From the NCBI RefSeq assembly GCF_900083515.1, contig NZ_LT671858.1, positions 1,020,001 to 1,052,000 of the forward strand: a DNA stretch of 32,000 nt. Reading direction: 5' to 3'. The position numbers and the translations under genes are program-made. Below, piece by piece: positions 1 to 9,991 of the stretch. The stretch comes from Cuniculiplasma divulgatum (lineage in GTDB: Archaea; Thermoplasmatota; Thermoplasmata; Thermoplasmatales; Thermoplasmataceae). How positions within the stretch are numbered: the stretch's first letter is position 1; each line of letters opens with the position of its first letter. Below the pieces are notes generated by a model, which saw only the letters and a program-made list of their open reading frames with translations, was not told the origin of the DNA and did no database searches.

Positions 1-1325
1 AATATTGACCCCCACTTAACTTCTTCCTCTTTCTTTGGTGAAAAAAGATACATTTCTATCTCTACCTCCTCAAATTCACATTTAATTAATCTTTCCAGAA
101 ATGAGAATGGAAATTTGCTACCTTCAATATTATGTTTTACACTGATGTCCGGTTCATTATGTTTTATTATTTTATCTCTTAAATAGTCCATATAGTATGC
201 AAAACTATCGGTATTCTTGACTAACAACCCGATCTCCAGAACAAAGTAACCTAAATTATTATTCACTACCCCTTCCATTACGAATAAAATGTCCTTATTC
301 TGAAAATGATCAATGTTATATTTTATCACTCCTATTAAGTCCTCTGGATTACTGGATTTAATAAAAGAGTCAACCGCTGGTTCAATGCACTCAATCGGTA
401 TCCTTGTTCTGTCATCATAAAGTTTGGCTATTTCTTTATACTCTTTAAGTTCATAAAGAGTAGTTGTTAATCTGCTAAGGTACCATTCGTTTTGATTTAA
501 TGATAATGCTTTTCTGAAATATGAAATAGACTCTTTCCTTCTTGCAGAATTGTAACTGATTTCTCCCATGGAAAGGTAAAGCAAATCTTCATGAGGCCAT
601 TCCAAAATAGCGTTTTTGCATAATTCCTCAGCCTTTTCATAAAAACTGTTTTCAATCAGAAATTCTATTTCAACAAGAATTTCAGTGAAAGTTCCTTTAA
701 TTTCCATAAATCCCTTACGATTTATTTCTTTTTCAGCCTCTTCCCTCTTTTTTGCCTTCATCAGTCTGCGTATCTTCTCCATTCTGAGAAGATTTGATTC
801 TGGATTGAATCTAATTGCTATATCCAGTTCTTTAATGGATTGTTTTTCCATATTTTGATACTGGAAATACCTTGATAGGATGAAATGCGCATTCCATGAT
901 GACGGTAAAATTGATATGGATTTCATCGCCATTCTGTAGGCCTCATCTGGCTTCCCCATTCTAAGGAATATATCTGCCATTAGATCTAATGCTTCAGTAT
1001 TCTTACTATTAATTTTGAATACCTCATCCAATGTTTCCATGCACTCCCGGTAAAATGAAAACTGATGAAGCAATCTTGCCTTTAGCATAAGGGACTTTGT
1101 GTTATCAGGGTTTAATTCCACGCTTTTCTTGGCCCATATTAGAGCTTCTCCCTTGTTTCCAGAACTGTTCAGAAGTATGGATTTAAGATAAACTGCTTCA
1201 GGATCCGAATGAGTTACATTCAGAATATCATCTACAATTCTTAACGCATCATTAAAATAACCATTTTCAATTAGCCTAACTGCAAGGGCTTTCTTTTCCT
1301 CAATAGGGTCATAAATTCTTTGCAT
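1..1325 (-). CDS. TPR-repeat protein (partial; C-terminal end runs off the left window edge)
   Basis: Not in the supplied ORF track because it is open at the window edge. Hand translation of the minus strand from the ATG (complement of 1323-1325) gives MQRIYDPIEEKKALAVRLIENGYFNDALRIVDDIL... and stays open down to position 1. It shows repeated ~34-aa helical-hairpin units (e.g. GKPDEAYRMAMKSISILP, YEKAEELCKNAILEWP, RKESISYFRKALSLNQ) typical of TPR. Confidence 0.7.
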   Translation of the reverse strand, partial: MQRIYDPIEEKKALAVRLIENGYFNDALRIVDDILNVTHSDPEAVYLKSILLNSSGNKGEALIWAKKSVELNPDNTKSLMLKARLLHQFSFYRECMETLDEVFKINSKNTEALDLMADIFLRMGKPDEAYRMAMKSISILPSSWNAHFILSRYFQYQNMEKQSIKELDIAIRFNPESNLLRMEKIRRLMKAKKREEAEKEINRKGFMEIKGTFTEILVEIEFLIENSFYEKAEELCKNAILEWPHEDLLYLSMGEISYNSARRKESISYFRKALSLNQNEWYLSRLTTTLYELKEYKEIAKLYDDRTRIPIECIEPAVDSFIKSSNPEDLIGVIKYNIDHFQNKDILFVMEGVVNNNLGYFVLEIGLLVKNTDSFAYYMDYLRDKIIKHNEPDISVKHNIEGSKFPFSFLERLIKCEFEEVEIEMYLFSPKKEEEVKWGSI

Positions 1326-1548
1326 TTACCTGTACAGGATGATTAAAACCTCTCATATTGATATTTGCATTTACCTGAATGTTCACCTAACAATGCGAAT
1401 GTACCAAACTTTGATAGAGTAGATTTGCTATGAAAAATAAGAAAGATATAGTAAATAAGTAAATTCTCTTCTTCCAACAAATACTAAAGTGAATCTTTTG
1501 AACCTTTAGTTCCTTGTACCACAACCACTTTAAATATGAAATGAATGA

Positions 1549-2070
1549 TTGATTATGGAAAAAAAATACATAGCGGCAATTGTGGCTGTTATAATAATAG
1601 CTGCCGGGCTGACAGGACTGGTATATTACCAGGCTTCAGAAGCTGCAGCGAATGACGGCCATGTTGCAATGAAAGTGGCAGATTCACCAAACCTTGGTGT
1701 TTCGGGAGTGTTCATGACATTTAGTAAGGTATCGTTGCACAGCAATGTTTCTGGATGGACAAATTACAGTGTGAAATCACAGACTATAGATATACTTGGT
1801 CTGACCACTACAAATGCATCGTTGCTGACAAATATCACACTTAAGGCTGGAACATATACAATGATAAGGCTGTATATAACCAATGTTTCAGTGGACATAC
1901 TGGGATTGAGTGTTAATTTCACGCTTCATGCTCCATTTGCATTCATAAACCACCCATTCAAGGTTAGCGCCCACGGAAACATGAATGTGATAATTGACTT
2001 CAACCTGACACAGGATCTGAGCCTTAACGCGAAGGTATTCACTCCTAATGTTGGTGTGGTTGTCAACTAA
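1549..2070 (+). CDS. N-terminally membrane-anchored protein, DUF4382-like beta-rich domain
   Basis: Single N-terminal TM helix (IAAIVAVIIIAAGLTGLVYY). The pattern VSLHS..GW....QTIDILGL......L.AGTYTMIRLYITNVSV resembles my recollection of DUF4382. Several N-x-S/T sequons are present. Confidence 0.5.
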   Translation: MIMEKKYIAAIVAVIIIAAGLTGLVYYQASEAAANDGHVAMKVADSPNLGVSGVFMTFSKVSLHSNVSGWTNYSVKSQTIDILGLTTTNASLLTNITLKAGTYTMIRLYITNVSVDILGLSVNFTLHAPFAFINHPFKVSAHGNMNVIIDFNLTQDLSLNAKVFTPNVGVVVN

Positions 2071-2075
2071 AACAA

Positions 2076-2087
2076 TTTTTATTTTTT
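2076..2087 (+). terminator. oligo-T tract (T5-A-T6) just after the stop codon; putative archaeal intrinsic terminator
   Basis: Sequence tttttatttttt starts 6 nt after the TAA at 2068-2070. Archaeal RNAP terminates on T-runs. The AT-rich background makes chance occurrence plausible. Confidence 0.35.
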
Positions 2088-2211
2088 ATTAATAGTAAAA
2101 ATAATAGTAAAAAACTTATTTCAAAAATTATTTCTCTTTTATTCACACGATTTGAATCTTATACTAAAAAAATTATTTGAAACTGCTTTTAAGATATCAA
2201 AAAGGATTGGT

Positions 2212-3144
2212 TTAGGCGTATATGAATTCTACGCTTGATATTTTATCAATTCTTTCCATATCCTCTTTTGACAGCTTTACGGAATCTGCACCCATATTTG
2301 ATTCAACCTGTGATTTGTTCTTGGCTCCAGGTATTATAAGGCAGTTCTTGTGAAGTAAGTATGCGAGAGATAGCTGTGCCATAGAGCATTTCTTTTCCTT
2401 TGCCATCTTTCCCAGTTCATCCAACACTGGCTTCATTATCTTCCTGTTCTTCGGGTTGTTAAAAAGCTCATCACCCTTACGGATATTATCCTGAGGTATC
2501 TCACCACTGTTATACTTTCCTGTGAGCAGACCTTTTGCAAGGGGGCTGTATGGAATTAGTGTTATATTTTTCTCCTTCATGTAGGGTATGAGCTCCCTTT
2601 CTATGTTTCTCTCCAGAATACTGTATTCCATCTGGTTAGATACAATTGAATAATCCTTCATACTGTCTACCGCATCCTTGAGAACAGGTTTTGAAAGGTT
2701 ACAGACACCAATCTGATCAATGTATCCTTCGTTCTTCAGCTTCTCCATGGAATGCATTATCTCTGACACGGGAACATAGGGCTCATACCAGTGTAGTTGA
2801 TATAGATCAATTTTTTCTATACCCAGTCTTTCAAGACTCCCCTTCACACTTCTCTCCATTGTCCTGTAATTCTTCACATGTGGGGGATTAACCTTCGTTG
2901 CAACTATATATCTGTTTTTTGGAATTTCAGATAGTGCCTGTTTTATGAGTTCCTCTGAGTGACCCATTCCATATATTTCTGCAGTGTCTAGATAGTTCCC
3001 ACCATTCTCAACATAAAACTTTATGGCCTCAATAATATCCTTATCTCCATAATCTTCTCCCCATCCTCTCAGTCCAGCCTGCCAGCAGCCAAGACCAACT
3101 CTAGTTGCCTGTAGCTTGCTGTTTCCAATATTTATTTTTTGCAT
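2212..3144 (-). CDS. aldo/keto reductase family oxidoreductase
   Basis: 310 aa. N-terminal GLGCW..G..GWG, LDTAEIYG.GHSEE, and LYQLHW motifs are typical of the AKR superfamily. Confidence 0.85.
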   Translation of the reverse strand: MQKINIGNSKLQATRVGLGCWQAGLRGWGEDYGDKDIIEAIKFYVENGGNYLDTAEIYGMGHSEELIKQALSEIPKNRYIVATKVNPPHVKNYRTMERSVKGSLERLGIEKIDLYQLHWYEPYVPVSEIMHSMEKLKNEGYIDQIGVCNLSKPVLKDAVDSMKDYSIVSNQMEYSILERNIERELIPYMKEKNITLIPYSPLAKGLLTGKYNSGEIPQDNIRKGDELFNNPKNRKIMKPVLDELGKMAKEKKCSMAQLSLAYLLHKNCLIIPGAKNKSQVESNMGADSVKLSKEDMERIDKISSVEFIYA

Positions 3145-3222
3145 TTTACCCCATCGTGATACATGTTTTTTAAATTATCGTTATGAAAAAAAGGTTTAAT
3201 TATGAAAATGTTTGGAAATAAC

Positions 3223-4830
3223 CTACTCAAGATTATAAATAGTTCCTTCACCATCAATATGAATGTTACATGCGGCAGGTTCCTTTGGTAATCCTGGCAT
3301 TGTCATTATGTCACCAGAATACACCACAATAAAACCTGCCCCTGAACTCACTGATGCTGAGGTAACCCTTAGAATATTGTCATCATTCTCAAGAGGATTC
3401 CCACTTAGTGAATACTGGCTTTTTGCCATGCAGATTGGTAATCCTGCGTAACCATTCTTTTCCATTCTTCTAATATCTGAAAGAGCCTTTTTGGAGAATT
3501 CAACCCTGTTTACACCATATATGTTCAATCCAATAGATTCAATTTTCTCTCTTATTCCATCATCGAAATTGTAGGTATATTTGATATTATCCGTCGTCTT
3601 CTCACATTTCTCTAAAACAGTCTTTGCCAGGGATAGGGCACCATCGCCACCCTTCATAAAAACTTCAGATAACTGATACTCCATATTGTTCTTTTTCAGC
3701 ATCCCGTCAAGGAACTGAATTTCTTCCTCGGTATCATTAGAGAATTTATTGATTGCCACAACAGGATGAAAACCAAATCTGGTCAAATTATCATAGTGAC
3801 GTTTCAGATTATTGAATCCACTGGCAATACCATTTTTATCCTCGCTTCCACCAAGAAGTTTCATTGCCCTGATTGTTGCAACGATAACAACAGCGGATAT
3901 TTTCAAATTGCCTATTCTTGAAACCATATTAATGAATTTCTCAGCACCAAGATCAGATCCGAAACCCGCTTCAGTTATGACGTAATCACTGTATTTCATC
4001 GCCATTTTTGCTGCCAGGATACTTGAGGTTCCATGTGCTATATTTCCAAATGGACCTGTGTGAATGAACGCAGGTACGCCTTCAGTGGTCTGAACAATAT
4101 TTGGTTTAATTGCGTCAGAGAGAATGGCTGCCATTGCACCCTCAGCTTTCAGATCACCAGAATAGACAGGTTTTCCATTTATGTCGTAACCAATAAGAAT
4201 TTTTGAAAGTCTTCTTACAAGATCATCATAATCCATGGAAAATCCCATAATTGCCATTATCTCTGAGGCTGGTGTTATAACGAAACTGTCCCTAGTGAGT
4301 GGCCCATTTTCCTTACCACCGGCATTAAGTATCATGTCCCTCAGTGATCTATCATTCATGTCTATTGTTCGTGGGAAAGTTATCTTCTCCGGATCGATTT
4401 TTAACTGGTTCCCATGGTAAATGTGATTTTGTATCATTGAGGAAAGAAGATTATGGGCACCTGTTATTGCGGGAAAATCCCCTGTAAAAAGAAGATTGAT
4501 TTTGTCAGATGGTTCAACTTTAGATTTTCCACCACCGGTTGCTCCTCCCTTTACTCCAAAACATGGTCCCATTGATGGTTCTCTTATACTAATTGAAACA
4601 TTTTTGCCAAGTTTTTTAAATGCCTGTGATAGACCGATGGTGTTTGTGGTCTTTCCCTCACCGTACTTTGTTGGTGTCATTGCTGTAACTAAAATGAGCT
4701 TTCCATTCTTATTTCCCTTATCCAGTGCCTTAAGGCTAATTTTTGCCATGTATTTTCCATAATTATCTATGTATTCCCTATCAATTCCAAGGTTTGCTGC
4801 AATATCCATTATATTTTCCATACCTATCAT
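3223..4830 (-). CDS. fhs: formate--tetrahydrofolate ligase
   Basis: 535 aa. Contains the P-loop-like TPTKYGEGKTTNTIGL and full-length collinearity with FTHFS hallmarks (GPCFGVKGGATGGG, HTGPFGNIAHG). Confidence 0.9.
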   Translation of the reverse strand: MIGMENIMDIAANLGIDREYIDNYGKYMAKISLKALDKGNKNGKLILVTAMTPTKYGEGKTTNTIGLSQAFKKLGKNVSISIREPSMGPCFGVKGGATGGGKSKVEPSDKINLLFTGDFPAITGAHNLLSSMIQNHIYHGNQLKIDPEKITFPRTIDMNDRSLRDMILNAGGKENGPLTRDSFVITPASEIMAIMGFSMDYDDLVRRLSKILIGYDINGKPVYSGDLKAEGAMAAILSDAIKPNIVQTTEGVPAFIHTGPFGNIAHGTSSILAAKMAMKYSDYVITEAGFGSDLGAEKFINMVSRIGNLKISAVVIVATIRAMKLLGGSEDKNGIASGFNNLKRHYDNLTRFGFHPVVAINKFSNDTEEEIQFLDGMLKKNNMEYQLSEVFMKGGDGALSLAKTVLEKCEKTTDNIKYTYNFDDGIREKIESIGLNIYGVNRVEFSKKALSDIRRMEKNGYAGLPICMAKSQYSLSGNPLENDDNILRVTSASVSSGAGFIVVYSGDIMTMPGLPKEPAACNIHIDGEGTIYNLE

Positions 4831-4908
4831 ATAAGCATGCTCACTAAAATTATAAATATACCCTGACTATAAATTGCGTCCATGATTCCAGAGAAGTAAG
4901 TATACTTC

Positions 4909-6129
4909 TTAACTCATTTTCGTAATGATTTCGGCATCAGATTCATCCTTTTTCTTCAGTATTTTTCCTGAGAAAATAAGAAGCAAAATACTTACTGCAA
5001 AAATACCGGCTGCAAGAATCTGCCAGATTGTTGAATACTCATGGGTATAGTCACTTATGTACCCAGAAAATGGTGTTCCCAGGATTGTTCCAAAGGAGAT
5101 AATGAGCAACCCAAGACCACTGTAAAGACCGATCTTTCCCCTTGGTGCTATCTCCGAGATTACGGTTATGTATACACCATTCCATCCTATGGCAGTTAGC
5201 CCCAGAACGAATGACATCCCTATGGCCAGATAAAAATTTAGGGTAAGAAAAGAGTAAATAAAGAAAAACAGAGAAGAGAGGATCATCACCATTATGAGAG
5301 AAAGAATCCTTCTGTTTGGAAACAGTCGATTACTAAGGGAAGCCCATAATATTCTTCCTATGAATGATCCAATGAGGATACTTGCAAGCAGTATCTCCGC
5401 GGTGAATAACTTGAACCCTATGGAACTTGTAAATAGAACAGAATAGGTAAGAAGTGACTGCTGTCCCCATGACATGGCTGCCACAAGAACGTTTATGAGT
5501 ATAAACCTACCATTTCTAAATGCACCTTTTATTTCCTTAACATATCCTCTGAAATCTATGGGTGAAGCATTCTCATGGTTTTCACCTCTTATTAGAACAA
5601 AAAAGATGAATGCAATAATAGCCAGAATTATGAAAGGTCCGAAAAAGCCATATCTAATAGATATTAAAGGAAGAAGAATTGCAGCAGTGGAAGCTCCTAT
5701 TGGAACACCTGACTGCTTAATTCCCATGGGAGTTGCATGATATGGGTAATACGTCCGCATAACTGCATTATTAGTCGCAGGAGTTACAAGTCCATAACCA
5801 AGACCTATGGCATAAAATCCAGAGACAAAAATGTAGAAATTTGGAGCAAGAGTTGCAAGTGTTGAACCTATGGCCATTATAAGGAATGCTATTTTTATTG
5901 CCCTGAAGCTTCCCAGATGATCGACAAAATAGCCAACAAAAGGAGAGACTGTTGCAAGTCCAATGAATATAACACTGGTCAGGAGTCCGACCATTGCGGA
6001 ATCAATGAGAAAATGATCCTTTATAATTTTATCAAGTGGTGAATAAGAAGCCTCAATGAGATTGCCCACTGATATGAATAGGAGACTCTGGAACATCACA
6101 TTGAGACTGTATACCTTGTTCTTTAGCAT
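4909..6129 (-). CDS. MFS transporter (12-TM type)
   Basis: 406 aa and highly hydrophobic. MFS motif-A-like GYFVDHLGSFRAIK lies between TM2 and TM3. Confidence 0.8.
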   Translation of the reverse strand: MLKNKVYSLNVMFQSLLFISVGNLIEASYSPLDKIIKDHFLIDSAMVGLLTSVIFIGLATVSPFVGYFVDHLGSFRAIKIAFLIMAIGSTLATLAPNFYIFVSGFYAIGLGYGLVTPATNNAVMRTYYPYHATPMGIKQSGVPIGASTAAILLPLISIRYGFFGPFIILAIIAFIFFVLIRGENHENASPIDFRGYVKEIKGAFRNGRFILINVLVAAMSWGQQSLLTYSVLFTSSIGFKLFTAEILLASILIGSFIGRILWASLSNRLFPNRRILSLIMVMILSSLFFFIYSFLTLNFYLAIGMSFVLGLTAIGWNGVYITVISEIAPRGKIGLYSGLGLLIISFGTILGTPFSGYISDYTHEYSTIWQILAAGIFAVSILLLIFSGKILKKKDESDAEIITKMS

Positions 6130-6220
6130 TTATTCACTCCTAAATGGTTTAGTAATTTTTCATATTACCACATAAGATAAAATTATGTTTAATTGTTCAA
6201 GGAGTGATATTGGTATATAA

Positions 6221-7669
6221 TCACTTACTGTCATCTGGAGTTCTTCTTATTTCCCTTGCATTTGTATGAGTATCAGACTTTCTTCCCCTTACAAGAGCGG
6301 CTAATCCAGACACTATCAAAATCAAAAAACTTGCCAGCAAGGCAGCATGTACACCACCCAGAAATGAAGCAGACACGCCACCTTCAAGTTTGTCCTTACC
6401 AAGGAAAACTTCAAAAGCAACATAACGTGGGACAGCCAGAGCTGATATGGAAATGGCTATTACGTAACTAAACAAAGTTCCTATATTGGATAGTGTCCTC
6501 AAAAGCCCAGAAATTGAACCGTAAAGTTCTCTGGGCGCACCAGACATTACGGCAGCATTATTGGATGGCCAGAACATTGAACCTCCGAAGCCTGTCACTA
6601 TTGATCCAATTATTACAAGATAGAGAGATGTACTGATTCCCATTGCAAGATAAACCAGTACTCCCCCAGCCATCAGAAATATTCCAGTGGCAGAGACAGT
6701 TCTTGGACCAATCCTGTCAGAGAGTTTTCCCATTTTAGGAGCCAGTAGACTCGATATTATATATCCAGGTATTAAAAGGAGGGCTGCATCAAGTGGATCA
6801 AAACCTCTTATTCCCTGGAGATACATTATAAGAATGAATAATACTGAGAGATACCCAATAGCCTGAAGAGTTGCTGCAAGAAGAGAAAAAGATAATACCC
6901 TATTTTTAAAGGCTTTTAAAACTATTACAGGATCCTTAACAGATCTTTCAATAAGTAAAAATGGAACTATGAGTATCAAACCAATAACAATGAGTAATAC
7001 GTTGCTAAATGTTACTCCATTTCCGGCTATTTCCACGGCACCGTATGCGATCAAAGATAGAAATGTAAGTAGAAACAAAGTTCCAGCATAGTCTATTTTG
7101 GTTTCGGTTCTCTTATTATCTTTAATATACAGTAGGGCGAACACGAAGCCTATTAACCCTACAGGCACATTTATGTAGAAAATATATCTCCAGCCAATAA
7201 ATGTGGTTATTATTCCACCCAGAACTATTCCTAAGGAACCACCAATACTCCAACCCATAGATGTGTATCCAAAGGCCTTACCCCTTTCCATTGGCTCAAA
7301 GTGATCTGCAATTATTGCATTACTATTTCCCTGAAGGAAAACTGCACCTAATCCCTGAAATGCTCTTGATGCAATGAGGAAAAACACATTTGGAGAAGCT
7401 CCAGAGGCGGCAGAACCGATTATAAATATAAGGAATCCTATATTAAAGATCCTACCTCTTCCATATATATCTCCTAGCCTTCCAAGCTGTGTTGTAAGTG
7501 CGGCCAGTACCAGAAGATAGATCAGTATAACCCAAATTGTATCCAGAAAAGGAGCCTTTAATTGATCTGTAAGGGTTGGCAGTGCGAGGATTACAATTGT
7601 CGTGTCTATTGCTGACATTAGCATTCCAATGAATACGCTGATCAGTATAAGCGTCTTTTTTTCAACCAT
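6221..7669 (-). CDS. MFS transporter, DHA2/EmrB-like (14-TM type) drug/H+ antiporter family
   Basis: 482 aa. Motif A is LGRLGDIYGRGRIF. Length and hydrophobicity are consistent with 14 TM segments. AGGTG lies about 11 nt upstream of the ATG. Confidence 0.8.
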   Translation of the reverse strand: MVEKKTLILISVFIGMLMSAIDTTIVILALPTLTDQLKAPFLDTIWVILIYLLVLAALTTQLGRLGDIYGRGRIFNIGFLIFIIGSAASGASPNVFFLIASRAFQGLGAVFLQGNSNAIIADHFEPMERGKAFGYTSMGWSIGGSLGIVLGGIITTFIGWRYIFYINVPVGLIGFVFALLYIKDNKRTETKIDYAGTLFLLTFLSLIAYGAVEIAGNGVTFSNVLLIVIGLILIVPFLLIERSVKDPVIVLKAFKNRVLSFSLLAATLQAIGYLSVLFILIMYLQGIRGFDPLDAALLLIPGYIISSLLAPKMGKLSDRIGPRTVSATGIFLMAGGVLVYLAMGISTSLYLVIIGSIVTGFGGSMFWPSNNAAVMSGAPRELYGSISGLLRTLSNIGTLFSYVIAISISALAVPRYVAFEVFLGKDKLEGGVSASFLGGVHAALLASFLILIVSGLAALVRGRKSDTHTNAREIRRTPDDSK

Positions 7670-8461
7670 TTTTATTTACACCTATGGAGTCGGGGCACTC
7701 CCGCAAGGTCGAAACACCTTAGCACCTGAACAAACAATTTTTATCTGCTAATAGATCTTCTTTCAGGTAAATTCAGGATTTCAATATCCTATTTAAGAAT
7801 TTAACGAGAATTTGATGATAATTAGTATTGATACATTTGTTGGATGTTAACAACAAATGCAAGAACATGTGCTGTGAAAGTTAAAAAAATTGAGCAAACA
7901 TACTTCGTGTTTACCCTAAATATTTCTGAACATAGTTTTTTACTTAAGGTAAATAATATAGGAAAATCTGTCTTTCCATTCCTTTTTCCAAATCTTCATT
8001 TTGTGATTAATAATAGTTTTAATAAATTTAAATTATCATCATTTTCCATAGGTTGAAGATTTGAATAACTGACATTTGCATTTTACTAATCCTTGTAAGA
8101 CCTTTTCAGAAAATATTGGAAATGATACTTTTTTAGTTTGAATCTATTGTGTTTGTATCGTGAATGATGATATGCAGGAAATAAAATATAATGTATACTC
8201 TGAAAATCTAAATCAGTCCATGTGAAAAGTTGGAATATGACAGGTTCTAATTGGAGTCTTATTTAACTAAAGTAATAGATGATAATTTACGAGAAGGAAT
8301 AAAGAAGTCTTAGATTTGAAATTAAAAAGATTAGAAGACCAAAGATACAAATTCAAACATTTAAATAAAAAAGATACAGTTATATAATGAAAAGAAGTAT
8401 AGAAAATTAGGCAATTGATTAATGCAAAGAATTATTTAATTACAAATTAGGGGGGTTATAG

Positions 8462-8620
8462 ATGGAAAGAAAACAGTATACTGCTAATGAAAAGTTAAAA
8501 ATAATAAATAGAAGTAGGTACATTAAAATTGTTAAAAGTGAAAAAGACCTAAAAGAAAATGATATATTTGTCCAAATTAAAAAAAATGGAAAAAAGGTAT
8601 ATATAGTAGCTCAGAAGTAG
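8462..8620 (+). CDS. hypothetical 52-aa lysine-rich protein (possibly a remnant of a transposase HTH N-terminus)
   Basis: Below the ORF-track size cutoff. ATG at 8462, preceded by an AGGGGGG run (8449-8455) 6 nt upstream, and ends with TAG at 8618-8620. Translation: MERKQYTANEKLKIINRSRYIKIVKSEKDLKENDIFVQIKKNGKKVYIVAQK. The segment RKQYTANEKLKII resembles IS3-type OrfA N-termini (from memory). Confidence 0.3.
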   Translation: MERKQYTANEKLKIINRSRYIKIVKSEKDLKENDIFVQIKKNGKKVYIVAQK

Positions 8621-8629
8621 TTTTATAAA

Positions 8630-9610
8630 GTGGATTACTTGTTTTTTTACCCGAATAGTATAGAAATTATAAGCAGACGTATAAATTATAGTCATTCCGA
8701 AGGATTACTTAAGAGAACTGTCAGAGAACGGATAACCTTCCAAAATAAGTCTGAAGATGGATTGAATGAAATAATTTTAGAAATTGAAAATTTTAAGACG
8801 AATCTAAAAATAAGTAATACCATTGGAAATGAACTGACATATTTACCAAATTATAAACTGATTAAGAGGGAGGATATCCCACAAAATATTAAGGAAAGTA
8901 TAACAACGGATGACCCTGATAAAAGGATATATACCTTAGCAATTGCATTAAATGAAACAATAGAAAAGGATGAATATTGTTCAATATTTTTGGATTATAC
9001 TGAATATCCGAAAGAGGAAAAAAATAGTAAATTAATAGATGGTAATACCGAGTCTAGTCACTTCATGTATAAGGAAGCTGAATATATGGATTTGATACTT
9101 TTTTATGGTGAAGAAACTCTTAGCATTGCAAATAGCTGGGGAAATGGACTACAAATAGATGAAACAAATGATCCGTACATTTTCGGTGGTCTTGTTTCGA
9201 ATGTACAGGATGATGACTCCTTTAATGAGCTAGATGAGTTAAGAATGCATTTAGATATGAGAAAAAATAGTTACTCATTTAGTCTTTCCAATGACTATAG
9301 AAATGATAAGAATATAGATAGCATTGCCATTTTTTATAGTGTAAAACCTGAGAAAAATGAATACAGTTTAATCCAAACATTAGCTGTAATTACATTTTTA
9401 CTCCCATTCACAGGTCTCACAGCACTTTATTTTAAGAATATTTCATATTTATTTGATTCATTGGAGATTGAAAGCGTTTTCATTTTAACCTTAGCCTTTG
9501 CACAGACAAGAACAAGACTACTTTCACATGAGAAGTACATAAGAAATATAGTCATATTTGCTGGTTTTTTATTTAAATTAATTTTAGGCCTATATGTGAC
9601 CTACGTATAA
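8630..9610 (+). CDS. hypothetical protein: ~250-aa soluble N-domain plus C-terminal membrane anchor of about 3 TM helices
   Basis: 326 aa with a GTG start 9 nt after the small ORF. No motif I recognise. Hydrophobic segments at the C-terminus: LIQTLAVITFLLPFTGLTALYF, VFILTLAFAQT, IVIFAGFLFKLILGLYVTYV. Confidence 0.6.
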   Translation: MDYLFFYPNSIEIISRRINYSHSEGLLKRTVRERITFQNKSEDGLNEIILEIENFKTNLKISNTIGNELTYLPNYKLIKREDIPQNIKESITTDDPDKRIYTLAIALNETIEKDEYCSIFLDYTEYPKEEKNSKLIDGNTESSHFMYKEAEYMDLILFYGEETLSIANSWGNGLQIDETNDPYIFGGLVSNVQDDDSFNELDELRMHLDMRKNSYSFSLSNDYRNDKNIDSIAIFYSVKPEKNEYSLIQTLAVITFLLPFTGLTALYFKNISYLFDSLEIESVFILTLAFAQTRTRLLSHEKYIRNIVIFAGFLFKLILGLYVTYV

Positions 9611-9991
9611 TGAAGAAGTATTTTTTCATTAAATTGATGTGGTCATTTTAAATTTTATTAAATAGGATTATATCCTCGCAAGCTGCCTGGTTGATGGTGA
9701 AAGAGATACTAGCGTTTTAACTTCTTGCGAAGTCCCATTAATAAATGTTCAAAAAGAGACTATTGAGGTTTTTAATTTCCTCTCTATTTTCCACAAGTAT
9801 GCCAGAACTTAACGTGTAGAAGAGAAAATAGAACAATTTCACCTGATTACTTATAGAGTTATCCTTTTTTTCTTCTATCTTTTTTGAAAGATTAAGAGCT
9901 CACGCTATCCATTAACGATCTTAAATGCATGTATATTATAAACAAAACAAACAAACGAACTTCATTCTAACTCGTTTCCCTGCTGTACTGA

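Noticed and set aside
2091-2114. Tandem 12-mer AATAGTAAAAAT / AATAGTAAAAAA in the convergent intergenic region.
   Set aside because: It has two copies only and is low-complexity A-rich sequence. It is most simply replication slippage and has no associated feature.
7844-8056. 70-aa ORF in the AT-rich spacer.
   Set aside because: No SD or promoter context. Its ATG sits in the loop of the 7834-7859 inverted repeat. The composition is Phe/Asn/Lys-rich, as expected from random AT-rich DNA.
8163-8203. Possible box C/D sRNA (AUGAUGA at about 8164-8170 and CUGA at about 8200-8203).
   Set aside because: Only about 30 nt separate the boxes. There are no C'/D' boxes and no terminal stem. Such short matches are expected by chance in AT-rich DNA.
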